In this document: in pieces, positions 54,559 to 64,000 of the stretch | Position numbering within the stretch: the first letter of the stretch is position 1 | Layout: each line of letters starts with the position of its first letter | Source of the DNA: Terriglobia bacterium | GTDB lineage: Bacteria > Acidobacteriota > Terriglobia > Terriglobales > Acidobacteriaceae | Assembly (NCBI GenBank): GCA_963723765.1 | Contig: CAVRSD010000001.1 | Span: 3,258 to 67,257, forward strand | Length of the DNA: 64,000 nucleotides | Reading direction: 5' to 3' | The notes under the pieces: generated by a model | Told to the model about the DNA's origin: nothing | What the model saw: the letters and a program-made list of their open reading frames with translations, nothing else | Databases searched by the model: none | Made by a program: the position numbers and the translations under genes

Positions 54559-55605
54559 ATGCGCATCCGACGACGCCTCCCTGTCATCTTCGCCGTTCTG
54601 ATCGTAATCGCGGCCGTCGCGCTGGTTGTCTTCCTGCGCAAGCATGCCCCACCCGAACCGGCCCGCCTGCTGCCCAGTGCCGACGGCTTTTTCTATGTGA
54701 ATTTGGAATTGATACGCTTGGCAAACATTAGCGGCAAGCTGCCGGAAGTCGCGCACGATCCCGAATACGAGCAATTCATCCAGGCCACCGGCTTTCAGTT
54801 CGAGCGGGACCTCGACAAGGCCGCTTTTGCCATCCATTACCCCAGCAATCCAGATCCAAAGAAACCCGGATCGGACGAGGTCCGCTATTCCGAAGTTCTG
54901 GTGGGTAAATTTGATGGGGATCGCCTGAGACAGTATCTGCGGAAGTTTTCCGGTTCGGTCGAAAACTACGGGCCCACGGACATCTACAACATCCCGCTCG
55001 AAGGCCGCACGCTGCGCGTGGCAATTCTAGGCGTGGATACGGTGGCGGCATCGAATCACAGTGATCCGCTGGTGATTCGTGGAATCATTGATCGCTCGCG
55101 CAAACTGGCGTCGCCCTTCGGTGGGCCCGCGCTCTTGCGTCAATACTACAAACACGTGCCCTTGGCCAGTTTGGCGTGGCTGATCTTCCGGGGAACTCCC
55201 TCTTTAAACGGGACAAGTACAGTTCCCTCTGCCGGAATCAACCTGTCTTTTCTGTTTCCAAAACCGGTGGCGCTGGTGGCTTCGGTGCGATATCTCGGGT
55301 CTGTACATCTCAGGGCGGAAGCTTTTACAGCAAGCGCAGATGATGCAGCGCAAGCCACCGATAAACTCAAGACGTTTCTCTCACTCTTCAACTCAGCAGA
55401 AGTTTCAGTTTCCGGACATGGGCCCGATCCAGACGTGAAACAGTTTTTTAGCAGCCTTAAAATAGAACAGCACAGCGATCGCGCCGTTCTCACGGCAACC
55501 ATACCTCCAGGATTCATTCGCAAAGCCGTGACCGACGCGCAGAATGAAGTGGCCCCATCGGCCTCGCAACCACCGGACCACAAAGCTGCTACTCCCGGCC
55601 CATGA
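54559..55605 (+). CDS. Hypothetical N-terminally membrane-anchored protein
   Basis: 348 aa. MRIRRRLPVIFAVLIVIAAVALVVFL anchor. No confident family. Confidence 0.6.
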   Translation: MRIRRRLPVIFAVLIVIAAVALVVFLRKHAPPEPARLLPSADGFFYVNLELIRLANISGKLPEVAHDPEYEQFIQATGFQFERDLDKAAFAIHYPSNPDPKKPGSDEVRYSEVLVGKFDGDRLRQYLRKFSGSVENYGPTDIYNIPLEGRTLRVAILGVDTVAASNHSDPLVIRGIIDRSRKLASPFGGPALLRQYYKHVPLASLAWLIFRGTPSLNGTSTVPSAGINLSFLFPKPVALVASVRYLGSVHLRAEAFTASADDAAQATDKLKTFLSLFNSAEVSVSGHGPDPDVKQFFSSLKIEQHSDRAVLTATIPPGFIRKAVTDAQNEVAPSASQPPDHKAATPGP

Positions 55606-55678
55606 CACGAATAGTGCCTTTTTCAGTAGCCCGGAGTGATTCGCCTGCTTCGGCTTGATGCAGGTACAATAAATCTGT

Positions 55679-56401
55679 ATGTCGAATCTTCCTCTTCCCA
55701 TCGCGGCGTTCCTGGCGGGCCTGGTGTCCTTTCTCTCGCCTTGTGTGCTGCCCCTGGTTCCGGGATACGTATCCCTAATTTCCGGCGCAGGAGTCGAGGA
55801 ACTGAAGTCGGAAGACGGCCGTTTGCTGCGCAAAGTCATGCTGAATTCCATCGGCTTTATTCTGGGCTTCAGCATTGTGTTCATATCGCTGGGCGCGCTT
55901 TCTACGGAAGTCGGTCACGTAATGGCTCGCTACAAATCAGTTCTTGCGCGGGTCGCCGGCGTCATCATCATTTTGTTTGGGCTCCATCTCACGGGAATTC
56001 TCCGCATCAAAGCGTTGTACGCGGACAAGCGTCTCCATAATGTGAAAGGCGGCAGCACACCGTGGGGAGCGTTCGTCATTGGTTTTGCGTTCGCATTTGG
56101 CTGGACCCCCTGTGTCGGCCCGATTCTCGGCGTCATTTTGGGATTTGCCGCCGCCCAGGATTCCGTCATGAAGGGAATCTTCTTACTATCTATCTATTCT
56201 CTGGGCCTGGCCGTACCCTTTCTGCTGACTGCTCTGGGGATCGAGCGCTTCCTCAAGTTCTACGGTCGTTTCCGGGCCCACATGCATGCCGTCGAAGTAG
56301 CCAGCGGCGGCTTGCTGATAGCGTTGGGCATCTTGCTGGTGTTGGGAAAATTCACTTTGCTGGCAAATTATTTTTCGGCCCTCAGCCGATTTGCGCTGTA
56401 G
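55679..56401 (+). CDS. ccdA: Cytochrome c biogenesis / thiol-disulfide electron transporter CcdA (DsbD beta-domain family)
   Basis: FLSPCVLPLVPGY and WTPCVGPILG conserved Cys motifs. Six TM segments. Confidence 0.88.
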   Translation: MSNLPLPIAAFLAGLVSFLSPCVLPLVPGYVSLISGAGVEELKSEDGRLLRKVMLNSIGFILGFSIVFISLGALSTEVGHVMARYKSVLARVAGVIIILFGLHLTGILRIKALYADKRLHNVKGGSTPWGAFVIGFAFAFGWTPCVGPILGVILGFAAAQDSVMKGIFLLSIYSLGLAVPFLLTALGIERFLKFYGRFRAHMHAVEVASGGLLIALGILLVLGKFTLLANYFSALSRFAL

Positions 56402-56413
56402 TAGGAGTTATTT

Positions 56414-57025
56414 GTGAAACGTGATCCGATTGTCATTGTTGTCGTGGCCATGGTGATTTCGCTGCTACTGGTCTTCGGCGTCGAGAAGGCCCGCCACCGC
56501 TCCGATCCTTTACCGGATGCGGGCAACACCCTGAAGAACCAGATGGCTCCCGATTTTGCTCTGGCCTCGCTCGACGGCAAATCCACGATTCGTCTTTCCG
56601 ACTACCGCGGAAAAGCCGTACTGCTGAACTTCTGGGCCACATGGTGCGTGCCCTGCAAGATCGAAATGCCCTGGTTTGTCGAACTGCAGAATCAATACGG
56701 CGCCCAGGGACTGCAAGTGGTTGGCGTCGCCATGGATGACGCCAGCCCCGAGGACATCGCAAAGTTCGCCAAAGACATGGGCGTGAACTATCCCATCGCA
56801 GTGGGCAAGGAATCCGTGGGAGACGCCTATGGTGGCGTGCAATTTCTTCCGGCAACTTTTTACATCGGCCGCGACGGCAAGGTGATCGACAAAGTTTTCG
56901 GCCTCAAAGGCAAGCACGAAATTCAGGACGACATTAAAAAAGCCCTCTCCTTGAACAGCGGACCAGCCATTGCCACGCCTGCCGCCCAGCTTATCCCGGC
57001 AACTCCCGGAAAGGCGACAAACTGA
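56414..57025 (+). CDS. TlpA/ResA-like membrane-anchored thioredoxin (thiol:disulfide oxidoreductase)
   Basis: FWATWCVPCKIEMP active site and an N-terminal TM anchor. Confidence 0.85.
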   Translation: MKRDPIVIVVVAMVISLLLVFGVEKARHRSDPLPDAGNTLKNQMAPDFALASLDGKSTIRLSDYRGKAVLLNFWATWCVPCKIEMPWFVELQNQYGAQGLQVVGVAMDDASPEDIAKFAKDMGVNYPIAVGKESVGDAYGGVQFLPATFYIGRDGKVIDKVFGLKGKHEIQDDIKKALSLNSGPAIATPAAQLIPATPGKATN

Positions 57026-57027
57026 CC

Positions 57028-57591
57028 ATGCGGAATCGAGTTGCGGCCAGCGCCGCCATGAGAACTTTGCTCGTTCTTTCATTGCTCTCTGCGCTACTCA
57101 TTTCCCAGGACGACATCCCGGGCAAGAAAGCCCCTTCCATCACCATGATGGAGGCGCCACTCATCACCATTATTCGCGGTAAAGGCGGATCGGTGGATTT
57201 GCAGTTCCGCATTGGCTCCGGTTTTCACGTCAACTCCAACACGCCTACGCAGGAATATCTGATTCCGACGGCCCTCAAGCTGAACGCTCCCACGGACATC
57301 GTGGTGGGAAGAATCACTTATCCACCGGGCGAGGAAATGGCATTCGCCTTCGCTCCCGATGAAAAATTAAGCGTTTACAGTGGAGCATTCACCGTGGGCG
57401 TGATCGTGCGCCCGCTGGCCAGCGTGCTGCCTGGTAAATACGAATTCCGTGGGAAGTTGAAGTATCAGGCTTGCGACAAGGCCGCCTGCTATCCGCCGAA
57501 AGAGTTACCGGTAGAGTTTGAAGTAAAAGTCGTGAAAACCGCTCCCGCACACGTGAAGAATCCCGGACAAAGCCCGCACGTACACACCTAG
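57028..57591 (+). CDS. DsbD N-terminal (alpha) domain-like periplasmic protein
   Basis: Signal peptide, FHVNSN, and YQACDKAACYPP, typical of the DsbD alpha / DsbC_N fold. Confidence 0.7.
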   Translation: MRNRVAASAAMRTLLVLSLLSALLISQDDIPGKKAPSITMMEAPLITIIRGKGGSVDLQFRIGSGFHVNSNTPTQEYLIPTALKLNAPTDIVVGRITYPPGEEMAFAFAPDEKLSVYSGAFTVGVIVRPLASVLPGKYEFRGKLKYQACDKAACYPPKELPVEFEVKVVKTAPAHVKNPGQSPHVHT

Positions 57592-57716
57592 GTTTCGAAT
57601 CAAAAAATTAGGCTAAAGCACTCCGGAGGGTCAGCCGTACTTATTGTTGGTGTAATTGCCTGTTTACAACAGTAATCATGGACGCCGCCACGCGATTTGA
57701 CGTAAAGTGCTGCACG

Positions 57717-58322
57717 ATGGCGAATTCGACGCGCAATTTGGTTGTGGTTCAGCCGAACTCGAAGGCCCTTCCTGAATCGCTTACCTATTACGATCCGGAA
57801 TTACAAAACGCGTGGAACGTGGAACCGCACGACGCGGAGCGATTGGCGGCAGCGATTGCTAAATCACGGGTGCTACAGCGGAAGTACATGAAGCAGTTGA
57901 CGAAACTGCGTCCAAGGCTGAATCAGCGTACGTACTTACGGTTCGCGGCTGAGAGTGACACCCTGTTCGACAGCAATCTCCTTAAGTTCACCTTTGGCGA
58001 TCACCTGAACTTCGAGGGAAAGGCACGGAGAAAGCGGCCAGGGACAACCGTACGAGCGACATTCCTCAGCTTCGACGAGGATAGGCTACACGAGCTGCGT
58101 TACCGAGATGTCGAGTCCGTGCGCGTGAATGTCCCAGAGGATCGATGGTTTGAGTGGCACAATACGGACGGCCGCAAGCAAATCGACAGTCTCCTATCCC
58201 ATGAATTGATTCGTTCTGGACAGCACCTGATGAGGCACAAGTTCCTTTTCGCGTCAGGTGCAACAATCTCTATCGGATTCGCTCGGATTGCGTGGGGAAC
58301 ACAACGGATTTCAAAACACTGA
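57717..58322 (+). CDS. Hypothetical protein (orphan)
   Basis: 202 aa from MANSTRNL (the alternative start 57678 gives 214 aa). Visibly lower GC than the neighbours. No family is recognised. Confidence 0.5.
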   Translation: MANSTRNLVVVQPNSKALPESLTYYDPELQNAWNVEPHDAERLAAAIAKSRVLQRKYMKQLTKLRPRLNQRTYLRFAAESDTLFDSNLLKFTFGDHLNFEGKARRKRPGTTVRATFLSFDEDRLHELRYRDVESVRVNVPEDRWFEWHNTDGRKQIDSLLSHELIRSGQHLMRHKFLFASGATISIGFARIAWGTQRISKH

Positions 58323-58369
58323 TCCCCTCTTGATAACTGGTGAAAAATCGCAATTTCACCAACAACCGA

Positions 58370-61081
58370 CTAGAACGTTGGACTCATATCGCTTGACGTC
58401 CCGCCTGCCGCAGGCACGTAGCACTTCAACGTGTAATCCATCACCATGCGATCGGCATTGAAGCGCCAGCCCAGGGTGCGGATGGTTCGCTTCATGCGTT
58501 TGATCCAGCCTCGCGGTAAGCCATCGCGGTCGCGCTGATAGAACAGCGGGATCACTTCTTCCTGCAGCACCCGATACAATTCTTCTCCATCACGGCTGTC
58601 GTGAATGCTCATGTTGGAATTGGTCCTTCCAGTCCCGATAGCAAAGCCGTTCAGTCCGTCGTAAGCCTCAGCCCACCAGCCGTCAAGAACTGAGAGATTG
58701 AGTCCTCCGTTCAACACGACTTTCTGACCGCTGGTACCAGACGCTTCGAGCGGACGCCGGGGGCTGTTCAGCCACACGTCAACACCCTGGACGAAATGGC
58801 GTCCCACATTGATGTCATAGTCTTCCACGAAGACAAATTTTTCAGCAAATTTCGGATCGCGCATCATTTGCGCTATCTGCTGGAGAACGCCCTTGCCGGG
58901 TTCATCGCGTGGGTGGGCCTTGCCGGCAAAAACGAACTGCACAGGACGCTTGGGATCGTTGACCATCGAGGCGAGTCGCTCGATATCTTTGAGAATCAAA
59001 TCAGCCCGCTTGTAAGTGGCAAAGCGGCGGGCAAACCCAATGGTCAGAGCATCGGGACTGAGCACGCGGGCAAGTCTCTGCAGCGTCTCCGGCGACTCAC
59101 CGCGAGGCTTGGCCTGTTCCACTGCGCGATGCCGCACAAAATCGAGGAGCCGCGATTTCAAATGAAGGTGCGTTTCCCAAAGTTCGCCATCATCCACGCT
59201 TTCAATCCGCTCCCATATCTTTGCCTCGGCGCTATGCTCCTGCCAATCCGTTCCTAAATGGCGGTCATAGAGGCGAAACATCTGCGGCGCCAGCCACGAA
59301 GGGACATGCACGCCATTGGTGATATGCCCGATGGGAACCTCTTCTTCCGGCTTGCCGGGAAAGAGCCCCGTCCACATCGCACGCGACACTTCGCCATGCA
59401 ATGCAGAAACGGCATTGGCGCGCCGCGCCAGTTTCAGGCCCAGTACGGTCATGCAAAACTCTTCCTGATGATTGCCCGGATTCTCGCGTCCCAGGGCCAT
59501 GAGGCCTTCGAGCGAAAGACCAAGCGACTCGCGCAAAGGCCCAAGATGTTCTTCGATGAGATCACAGTGAAAGCGGTCGTGTCCTGCGGGCACCGGGGTA
59601 TGCGTGGTGAAGACCACTTCCCGGGAAACACGCGGCACCGCCTGCTCGAAGGTCAAGCCTTCATCCTCCATGCGGCTGCGAATCGCTTCCAGCACGGCAA
59701 ATCCGCTGTGGCCTTCGTTCAGGTGAAGAACTCCAGGCGTCGTGCCCATGGCTTTCAAAGCGCGGAAGCCTCCTACACCCAGCAGCAATTCCTGACGGAT
59801 GCGAATGCGCCCATCTCCGCCGTACAAGCGTGATGTAAGTGTCCGGTCCTCCGGGGCATTGCCTTCCACGTTGGAATCCAGCAACAGCAAATCGCAACGC
59901 CCTACTTTCATGCGCCAGACCTGGGCATGAATCGACCCGCCACGAGTCTCGATCTGCACCGTGACCGGTTCGCCATTGATGCCAATGGCAAGCTCCATGG
60001 GTAACTTGTTTACATCAGTCTCGATATATTCTTCCTGCTGCCATCCATTTTGATCGAGCCGCTGCCGGAAATATCCCTGGCCATAGAACAGACCAATGCC
60101 GACCAGGGGAATTCCAAGATCAGACGCGCTCTTGATGTGATCGCCGGCGAGAATACCGAGTCCTCCGGAATATTCCGGAATGGAAACATGCAAGCCGAAT
60201 TCGGCGGAAAAATATGCTACTGGACGAGGCCGCAGAATCCCGGCATGCCGGGCTCCCCAGGTACGGTCCCTTTCGAGATATTCACGTAGCCGGCGGTAGG
60301 CGTAATTGATGCGGCCGTGCAACACCAGTTCGCGCGCCCGTTGCTCCATTTGCGCCAACGGCATCTCGGAGAGCAAGGAAACGGGATTGTGATTGAGCTG
60401 CCGCCAGCGTATGGGGTCGAGATCGCGAAACAAGCTGCTGGCATCATGGTCCCAACACCACCAGACGTTGCGGGCCAGCGCCCAAAGCCGTTCCTGCGCC
60501 GGCGCGATGAAGCGATCCAGGGTGCGAGCTTCGCTGACTACGGGTGCGACCTGCGCGGCAGCTTCGGTAAGCAGCCGGATCTCGTCTTCGTGAAAAACTC
60601 TGGAAGCGATCGTCTGCACCACGAGGACGCCTTGCAGAACTCCGCGATCAATCAGTGGAACCCCGAGGAAGGACTGGTACTCATCCTCGCCGGCTTCCGG
60701 GAAGTACTTGAATCGAGGATTATTCTTGACCTGTTCCACCGCCACCGGCCGCACCTGCTCCGCAACCAGGCCCGCCAAGCCTTCGTGAACTGCCATGCGA
60801 AGAGTGCCAATACATTGTGGGCGCAGTCCGAGGGTTGCGGCCAGCACCAGATTTGCTCTGTCCGGTTCCAACAAATACGCCGAACAAACGTCGGTCCGAA
60901 ATCGCTTGGCGATCAGGGCAACAACGTTCATGAGGGTCTCGGCTGGCTTGCCACCCTCTTTCGTCAGATTGCGGATTTCTTCCAGCGTCAGGACGTAGCT
61001 GGCATCTCGTTCATAGGCGGAGGGATCAAGTCCCGTAATCCCCGAATCAACGGCCTTGAGTTTAAGGTCTTGTGACGCCAT
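58370..61081 (-). CDS. glgP: Alpha-glucan phosphorylase (GT35, GlgP/maltodextrin phosphorylase group) with an N-terminal GAF domain
   Basis: Residues about 30-190 are GAF-like (VCSAYLLEPD...GLAGLV...FLGVPLI...GVLVVQT). The rest is alpha-glucan phosphorylase (YFSAEFG, GGLGILAGD, TNGVH, EASGTSGQK). Confidence 0.85.
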   Translation of the reverse strand: MASQDLKLKAVDSGITGLDPSAYERDASYVLTLEEIRNLTKEGGKPAETLMNVVALIAKRFRTDVCSAYLLEPDRANLVLAATLGLRPQCIGTLRMAVHEGLAGLVAEQVRPVAVEQVKNNPRFKYFPEAGEDEYQSFLGVPLIDRGVLQGVLVVQTIASRVFHEDEIRLLTEAAAQVAPVVSEARTLDRFIAPAQERLWALARNVWWCWDHDASSLFRDLDPIRWRQLNHNPVSLLSEMPLAQMEQRARELVLHGRINYAYRRLREYLERDRTWGARHAGILRPRPVAYFSAEFGLHVSIPEYSGGLGILAGDHIKSASDLGIPLVGIGLFYGQGYFRQRLDQNGWQQEEYIETDVNKLPMELAIGINGEPVTVQIETRGGSIHAQVWRMKVGRCDLLLLDSNVEGNAPEDRTLTSRLYGGDGRIRIRQELLLGVGGFRALKAMGTTPGVLHLNEGHSGFAVLEAIRSRMEDEGLTFEQAVPRVSREVVFTTHTPVPAGHDRFHCDLIEEHLGPLRESLGLSLEGLMALGRENPGNHQEEFCMTVLGLKLARRANAVSALHGEVSRAMWTGLFPGKPEEEVPIGHITNGVHVPSWLAPQMFRLYDRHLGTDWQEHSAEAKIWERIESVDDGELWETHLHLKSRLLDFVRHRAVEQAKPRGESPETLQRLARVLSPDALTIGFARRFATYKRADLILKDIERLASMVNDPKRPVQFVFAGKAHPRDEPGKGVLQQIAQMMRDPKFAEKFVFVEDYDINVGRHFVQGVDVWLNSPRRPLEASGTSGQKVVLNGGLNLSVLDGWWAEAYDGLNGFAIGTGRTNSNMSIHDSRDGEELYRVLQEEVIPLFYQRDRDGLPRGWIKRMKRTIRTLGWRFNADRMVMDYTLKCYVPAAGGTSSDMSPTF

Positions 61082-61387
61082 TGTGCGCGCACCTTTGGGT
61101 TGTGTGGTTGGTTGTTGAACAATGAATGGCTGCAGGAACCAGGTGGCCTGCTGGACCCCGATTAACCCGGCAATTTAAAGAGCAGCGCGCACGCAACCCG
61201 ATAGAGTTCGTGTATTTCCGGCCCCACACATACGCGCTGCCCTCCCCGAAGAGAACTTTAGGTGGTAGCCATCTGCCAGTCCAATCAAAATTGTTTATGG
61301 TGGACATAAGTCGGGTTCGGCCATGGACGACGGCTTGCCCGTTTCGGCTAGCCGGTCGGGCGTGAACCGCGAGGGGGATTGAGACCA

Positions 61388-63124
61388 TCATGACTTTGAA
61401 CTGCCGGCTTTCTTTTCAATTTTAGCCCAAGTATCTTTCAGCGCCATGGTCCGGTTGAATACCAGCTTGCCCGGAGCTGAATCGGAATCAACGCAGAAAT
61501 ATCCCAGGCGCTCGAATTGATACCGGTCTCCCACTCCGGCGCTCGTCAGCGACGGCTCCAGCTTCGAATGCTTCAGCACTTCCAGCGAATGTGGGTTGAG
61601 ATTGACGGTAAAGGGCTGCCCGGCTTCTGCTTGATTCGGATCTTCCTTGGTAAAGAGGTTTTCGTACACTCGTACTTCGGCATCGATGGCATGCGCCGCT
61701 GATACCCAGTGAATGGTGGACTTCACCTTGCGCCCATCCGGAGGATTATTCCCGCCCTTGGTTTCCGGATCGTAGGTGCAGTGAACTTCGACGACCTCGC
61801 CTTTGCCGTCTTTCACAACGCTGGTGCATTTTATAAAGTAGGCATAGCGCAAACGTACTTCCTGTCCGGGGAAAAGCCGGTAATACTTGGGCGGAGGAGT
61901 CTCGCGGAAATCATCCTGCTCGATATAGAGAACGCGGGAAAACGGAACTTTCCGGGTACCGGCGCCTGGGTCTTCGGGATTGTTGACCGCATCCATTTCT
62001 TCAACCTGGTTTTCCGGATAATTATCGATCACAACTTTCAACGGCCGCAGCACCGCCATGACCCGAGCCGAACGCTTGTTCAGGTCTTCGCGAACAAAGT
62101 GCTCGAGCATGGCCAGTTCAATCGAACCATTGGTTTTGGAGACACCGATGGCCCCACAGAAATTGCGGATCGCTTCGGGTGTGTAGCCGCGCCGCCGGAT
62201 CCCCGAAAGCGTGGGCATGCGGGGATCGTTCCAGCCGGTTACATGGCCTTCCTCGACCAACTGCAACAGTTTTCGCTTGCTCAAGATCGTATAGGTTAGG
62301 TTGAGGCGATCAAACTCGATTTGCTGCGAAGGGAAGATACCTAACTGTTGGATAAACCAGTTGTACAGCGGACGATGGTCCTCGAACTCGAGCGTGCAAA
62401 CGGAATGGGTGATCTGCTCCAGCGAATCAGATTCCCCGTGAGCGAAGTCGTACATCGGATAGATCGGCCACTTGTTCCCGGTGCGGTGATGCTCGGCGTG
62501 CAGGATGCGATACATCACGGGATCGCGCATATTCAGGTTCGGCGAACCCATGTCGACCTTGGCCCGCAGAGTTCGGGAACCGTCGGGAAATTCACCGGCT
62601 CGCATGCGCTCAAACAGACTTAAGTTCTCTTCGACCGAACGGTTGCGATAGGGGCTGTCCTTGCCGGGCTCGGTCAGGGTGCCACGAGATTTTCGCATTT
62701 CGTCCGCGGTCAGATCGTCCACATAAGCCTTGCCGGCTTTGATGAGCTGCACCGCCCATTCATACAACTTGTCGAAATAGTCAGACGCGTAGAAAAGATG
62801 GTCCCAGGTGAAGCCGAGCCACTTCACGTCTTCCATGATCGAATCGACGTACTCGGTTTCTTCCTTGGAGGGATTGGTATCGTCGAAACGCAGGTTGGTT
62901 TTGCCGCCAAACTCGGCAGCTAACCCGAAGTTCAGGCAGATCGATTTGGCATGCCCAAGATGGAGATACCCATTCGGCTCAGGAGGAAAACGGGTCTGCA
63001 CCCGCCCGCCAAACTTATTGGTCTTCAGATCGTCGAGAATGATGTCGCGTATGAAGTTAGAGGGACCGGCCGCCTCGGTAGGCTTCTTTGCCTCAGATTC
63101 AATCTCTGGATTCGATGGATTCAT
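61388..63124 (-). CDS. glnS: Glutamine--tRNA ligase
   Basis: [17 protein letters not shown] (HIGH), LSKRKL (KMSKS-like), and the GlnRS anticodon-binding barrels. Confidence 0.93.
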   Translation of the reverse strand: MNPSNPEIESEAKKPTEAAGPSNFIRDIILDDLKTNKFGGRVQTRFPPEPNGYLHLGHAKSICLNFGLAAEFGGKTNLRFDDTNPSKEETEYVDSIMEDVKWLGFTWDHLFYASDYFDKLYEWAVQLIKAGKAYVDDLTADEMRKSRGTLTEPGKDSPYRNRSVEENLSLFERMRAGEFPDGSRTLRAKVDMGSPNLNMRDPVMYRILHAEHHRTGNKWPIYPMYDFAHGESDSLEQITHSVCTLEFEDHRPLYNWFIQQLGIFPSQQIEFDRLNLTYTILSKRKLLQLVEEGHVTGWNDPRMPTLSGIRRRGYTPEAIRNFCGAIGVSKTNGSIELAMLEHFVREDLNKRSARVMAVLRPLKVVIDNYPENQVEEMDAVNNPEDPGAGTRKVPFSRVLYIEQDDFRETPPPKYYRLFPGQEVRLRYAYFIKCTSVVKDGKGEVVEVHCTYDPETKGGNNPPDGRKVKSTIHWVSAAHAIDAEVRVYENLFTKEDPNQAEAGQPFTVNLNPHSLEVLKHSKLEPSLTSAGVGDRYQFERLGYFCVDSDSAPGKLVFNRTMALKDTWAKIEKKAGSSKS

Positions 63125-63176
63125 CTCTAATTGAGTTTATCGCAAGAAGGCTAAATCGGAGTGTTTTCGCGCCGGG

Positions 63177-63845
63177 CTACTCGCCCCAGAGTTTGTCTTT
63201 TAGATGGAACATCCACTCCGGCCACAAAGTGTTGTAGTGCAGGGTCACATCGGCCTGAACCGCTTTGGCCGCCTTCACCGAAAAATTGTTGTTGAAAATA
63301 AGATAATAAGTACCCGCACCGGCCGGAAGTGTTGCGTGGATGTTGCCCTGAGGAACTTTGCCACTGTCGTAGTACGGGCTGATGGCGTATCCATTCCGCC
63401 AGGTGACGAAGGCGTCATCGCTGAGCACATACACCTGAACATCATTCGCCTGCGCCCCAGTGGCGCTGAACTGGCCGCCCACAGAGATGTTCACGGCACC
63501 CGGTGGCACCAGGAATTTATAGGAAGAAAAGCCGTGGGCGTTCACGGAAAAAGATTTCTCGGTAATAGCTTCGGTATGCGCCCCGGTTAAAAGTTCCCGA
63601 AGCTGTTGCGCAGTGTTGCTACTGCCGGCTGCCATCCAGCCAATCGCCAAGAGCACGACTAACACCAGCACCCAGATTGCGCTAAGCGACTGGCGTCCCG
63701 CCCGTGGAAGATTTGCTTTCCCGGTCTTAGAAACAACCCCAGATCCGGATATCGTATTTGCTGTGGCCGGATCCAACGTCTGCCCACACTTCAGACAGAA
63801 GCGGGCATCGTCGGGCAGGATCTCGGCACAGTTGGTACAAAGCAC
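63177..63845 (-). CDS. Zinc-ribbon / single-TM hypothetical protein
   Basis: MLCTNCAEILPDDARFCLKCG zinc ribbon, a TM segment (IWVLVLVVLLAIGWMAA), and a beta-rich extracytoplasmic domain. Confidence 0.6.
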   Translation of the reverse strand: MLCTNCAEILPDDARFCLKCGQTLDPATANTISGSGVVSKTGKANLPRAGRQSLSAIWVLVLVVLLAIGWMAAGSSNTAQQLRELLTGAHTEAITEKSFSVNAHGFSSYKFLVPPGAVNISVGGQFSATGAQANDVQVYVLSDDAFVTWRNGYAISPYYDSGKVPQGNIHATLPAGAGTYYLIFNNNFSVKAAKAVQADVTLHYNTLWPEWMFHLKDKLWGE

Positions 63846-63950
63846 GGCAACCTCTCAAGAGAATGCGAATTTTAGCAAAGGCAGCATGCCCGCGTCGTTA
63901 TTTGTTGGTTGATGTGGCAAACTGCTGATACAGCTTATTTCGAAAACCAC

Positions 63951-64000
63951 ATGGCAAATTGTGTTCAATGCGGCCGCAAACTTCCCGCCTTCATGTTTGG
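63951..64000 (+). CDS. Start of a second zinc-ribbon protein (3' end outside the window)
   Basis: MANCVQCGRKLPAFMF... Only 16 codons are visible. Confidence 0.3.
   Translation, partial: MANCVQCGRKLPAFMF

Overview
This 64-kb window is mostly core chromosome with GC of roughly 55-60%. Gene content and repeat types suggest an Acidobacteriota-like (Terriglobia-type) genome; that placement is inference only. The backbone on the minus strand is the conserved translation/transcription cluster: tRNA-Thr, tRNA-Tyr, tRNA-Thr, tRNA-Gly, tuf, rpmG, tRNA-Trp, secE, nusG, rplKAJL, rpoB, rpoC (38.4-54.2 kb). Around it sit housekeeping genes: hemL, panBC, ligA, rpsA, pyk, glnS, bcp, mpg, a deoxynucleoside kinase, a CysO-like sulfur carrier with a MoeZ-type E1, and a CcdA/TlpA/DsbD-N redox module. 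There are also many secreted or hypothetical proteins, including a DUF1800/DUF1501 pair, CarboxypepD_reg-like proteins, an M28 peptidase and an OprB-like porin. I see no complete novel multi-gene system. Three things stand out. (1) Small palindromic repeats are unusually dense and diverse: at least 8 families, several with the GTAG head typical of REPs. Two RayT-type Y1 transposase genes are each bracketed by inverted REP hairpins, and repeats lie inside the r-protein/RNAP operon spacers. (2) About nine single-base frameshifts split otherwise intact genes, including the essential ligA (two) and rpoC (one). This points to assembly indel errors rather than biology. (3) Several lineage-specific oddities: an 8-Cys double zinc-ribbon-like insertion in RpoB, a GAF-fused alpha-glucan phosphorylase, an orphan LysW-like zinc-ribbon/acidic-tail protein, extra ORFs inside the tRNA-tuf cluster, and a small low-GC REP-bounded islet with a truncated AbrB-type antitoxin. 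No rRNA, CRISPR array or prophage was seen.
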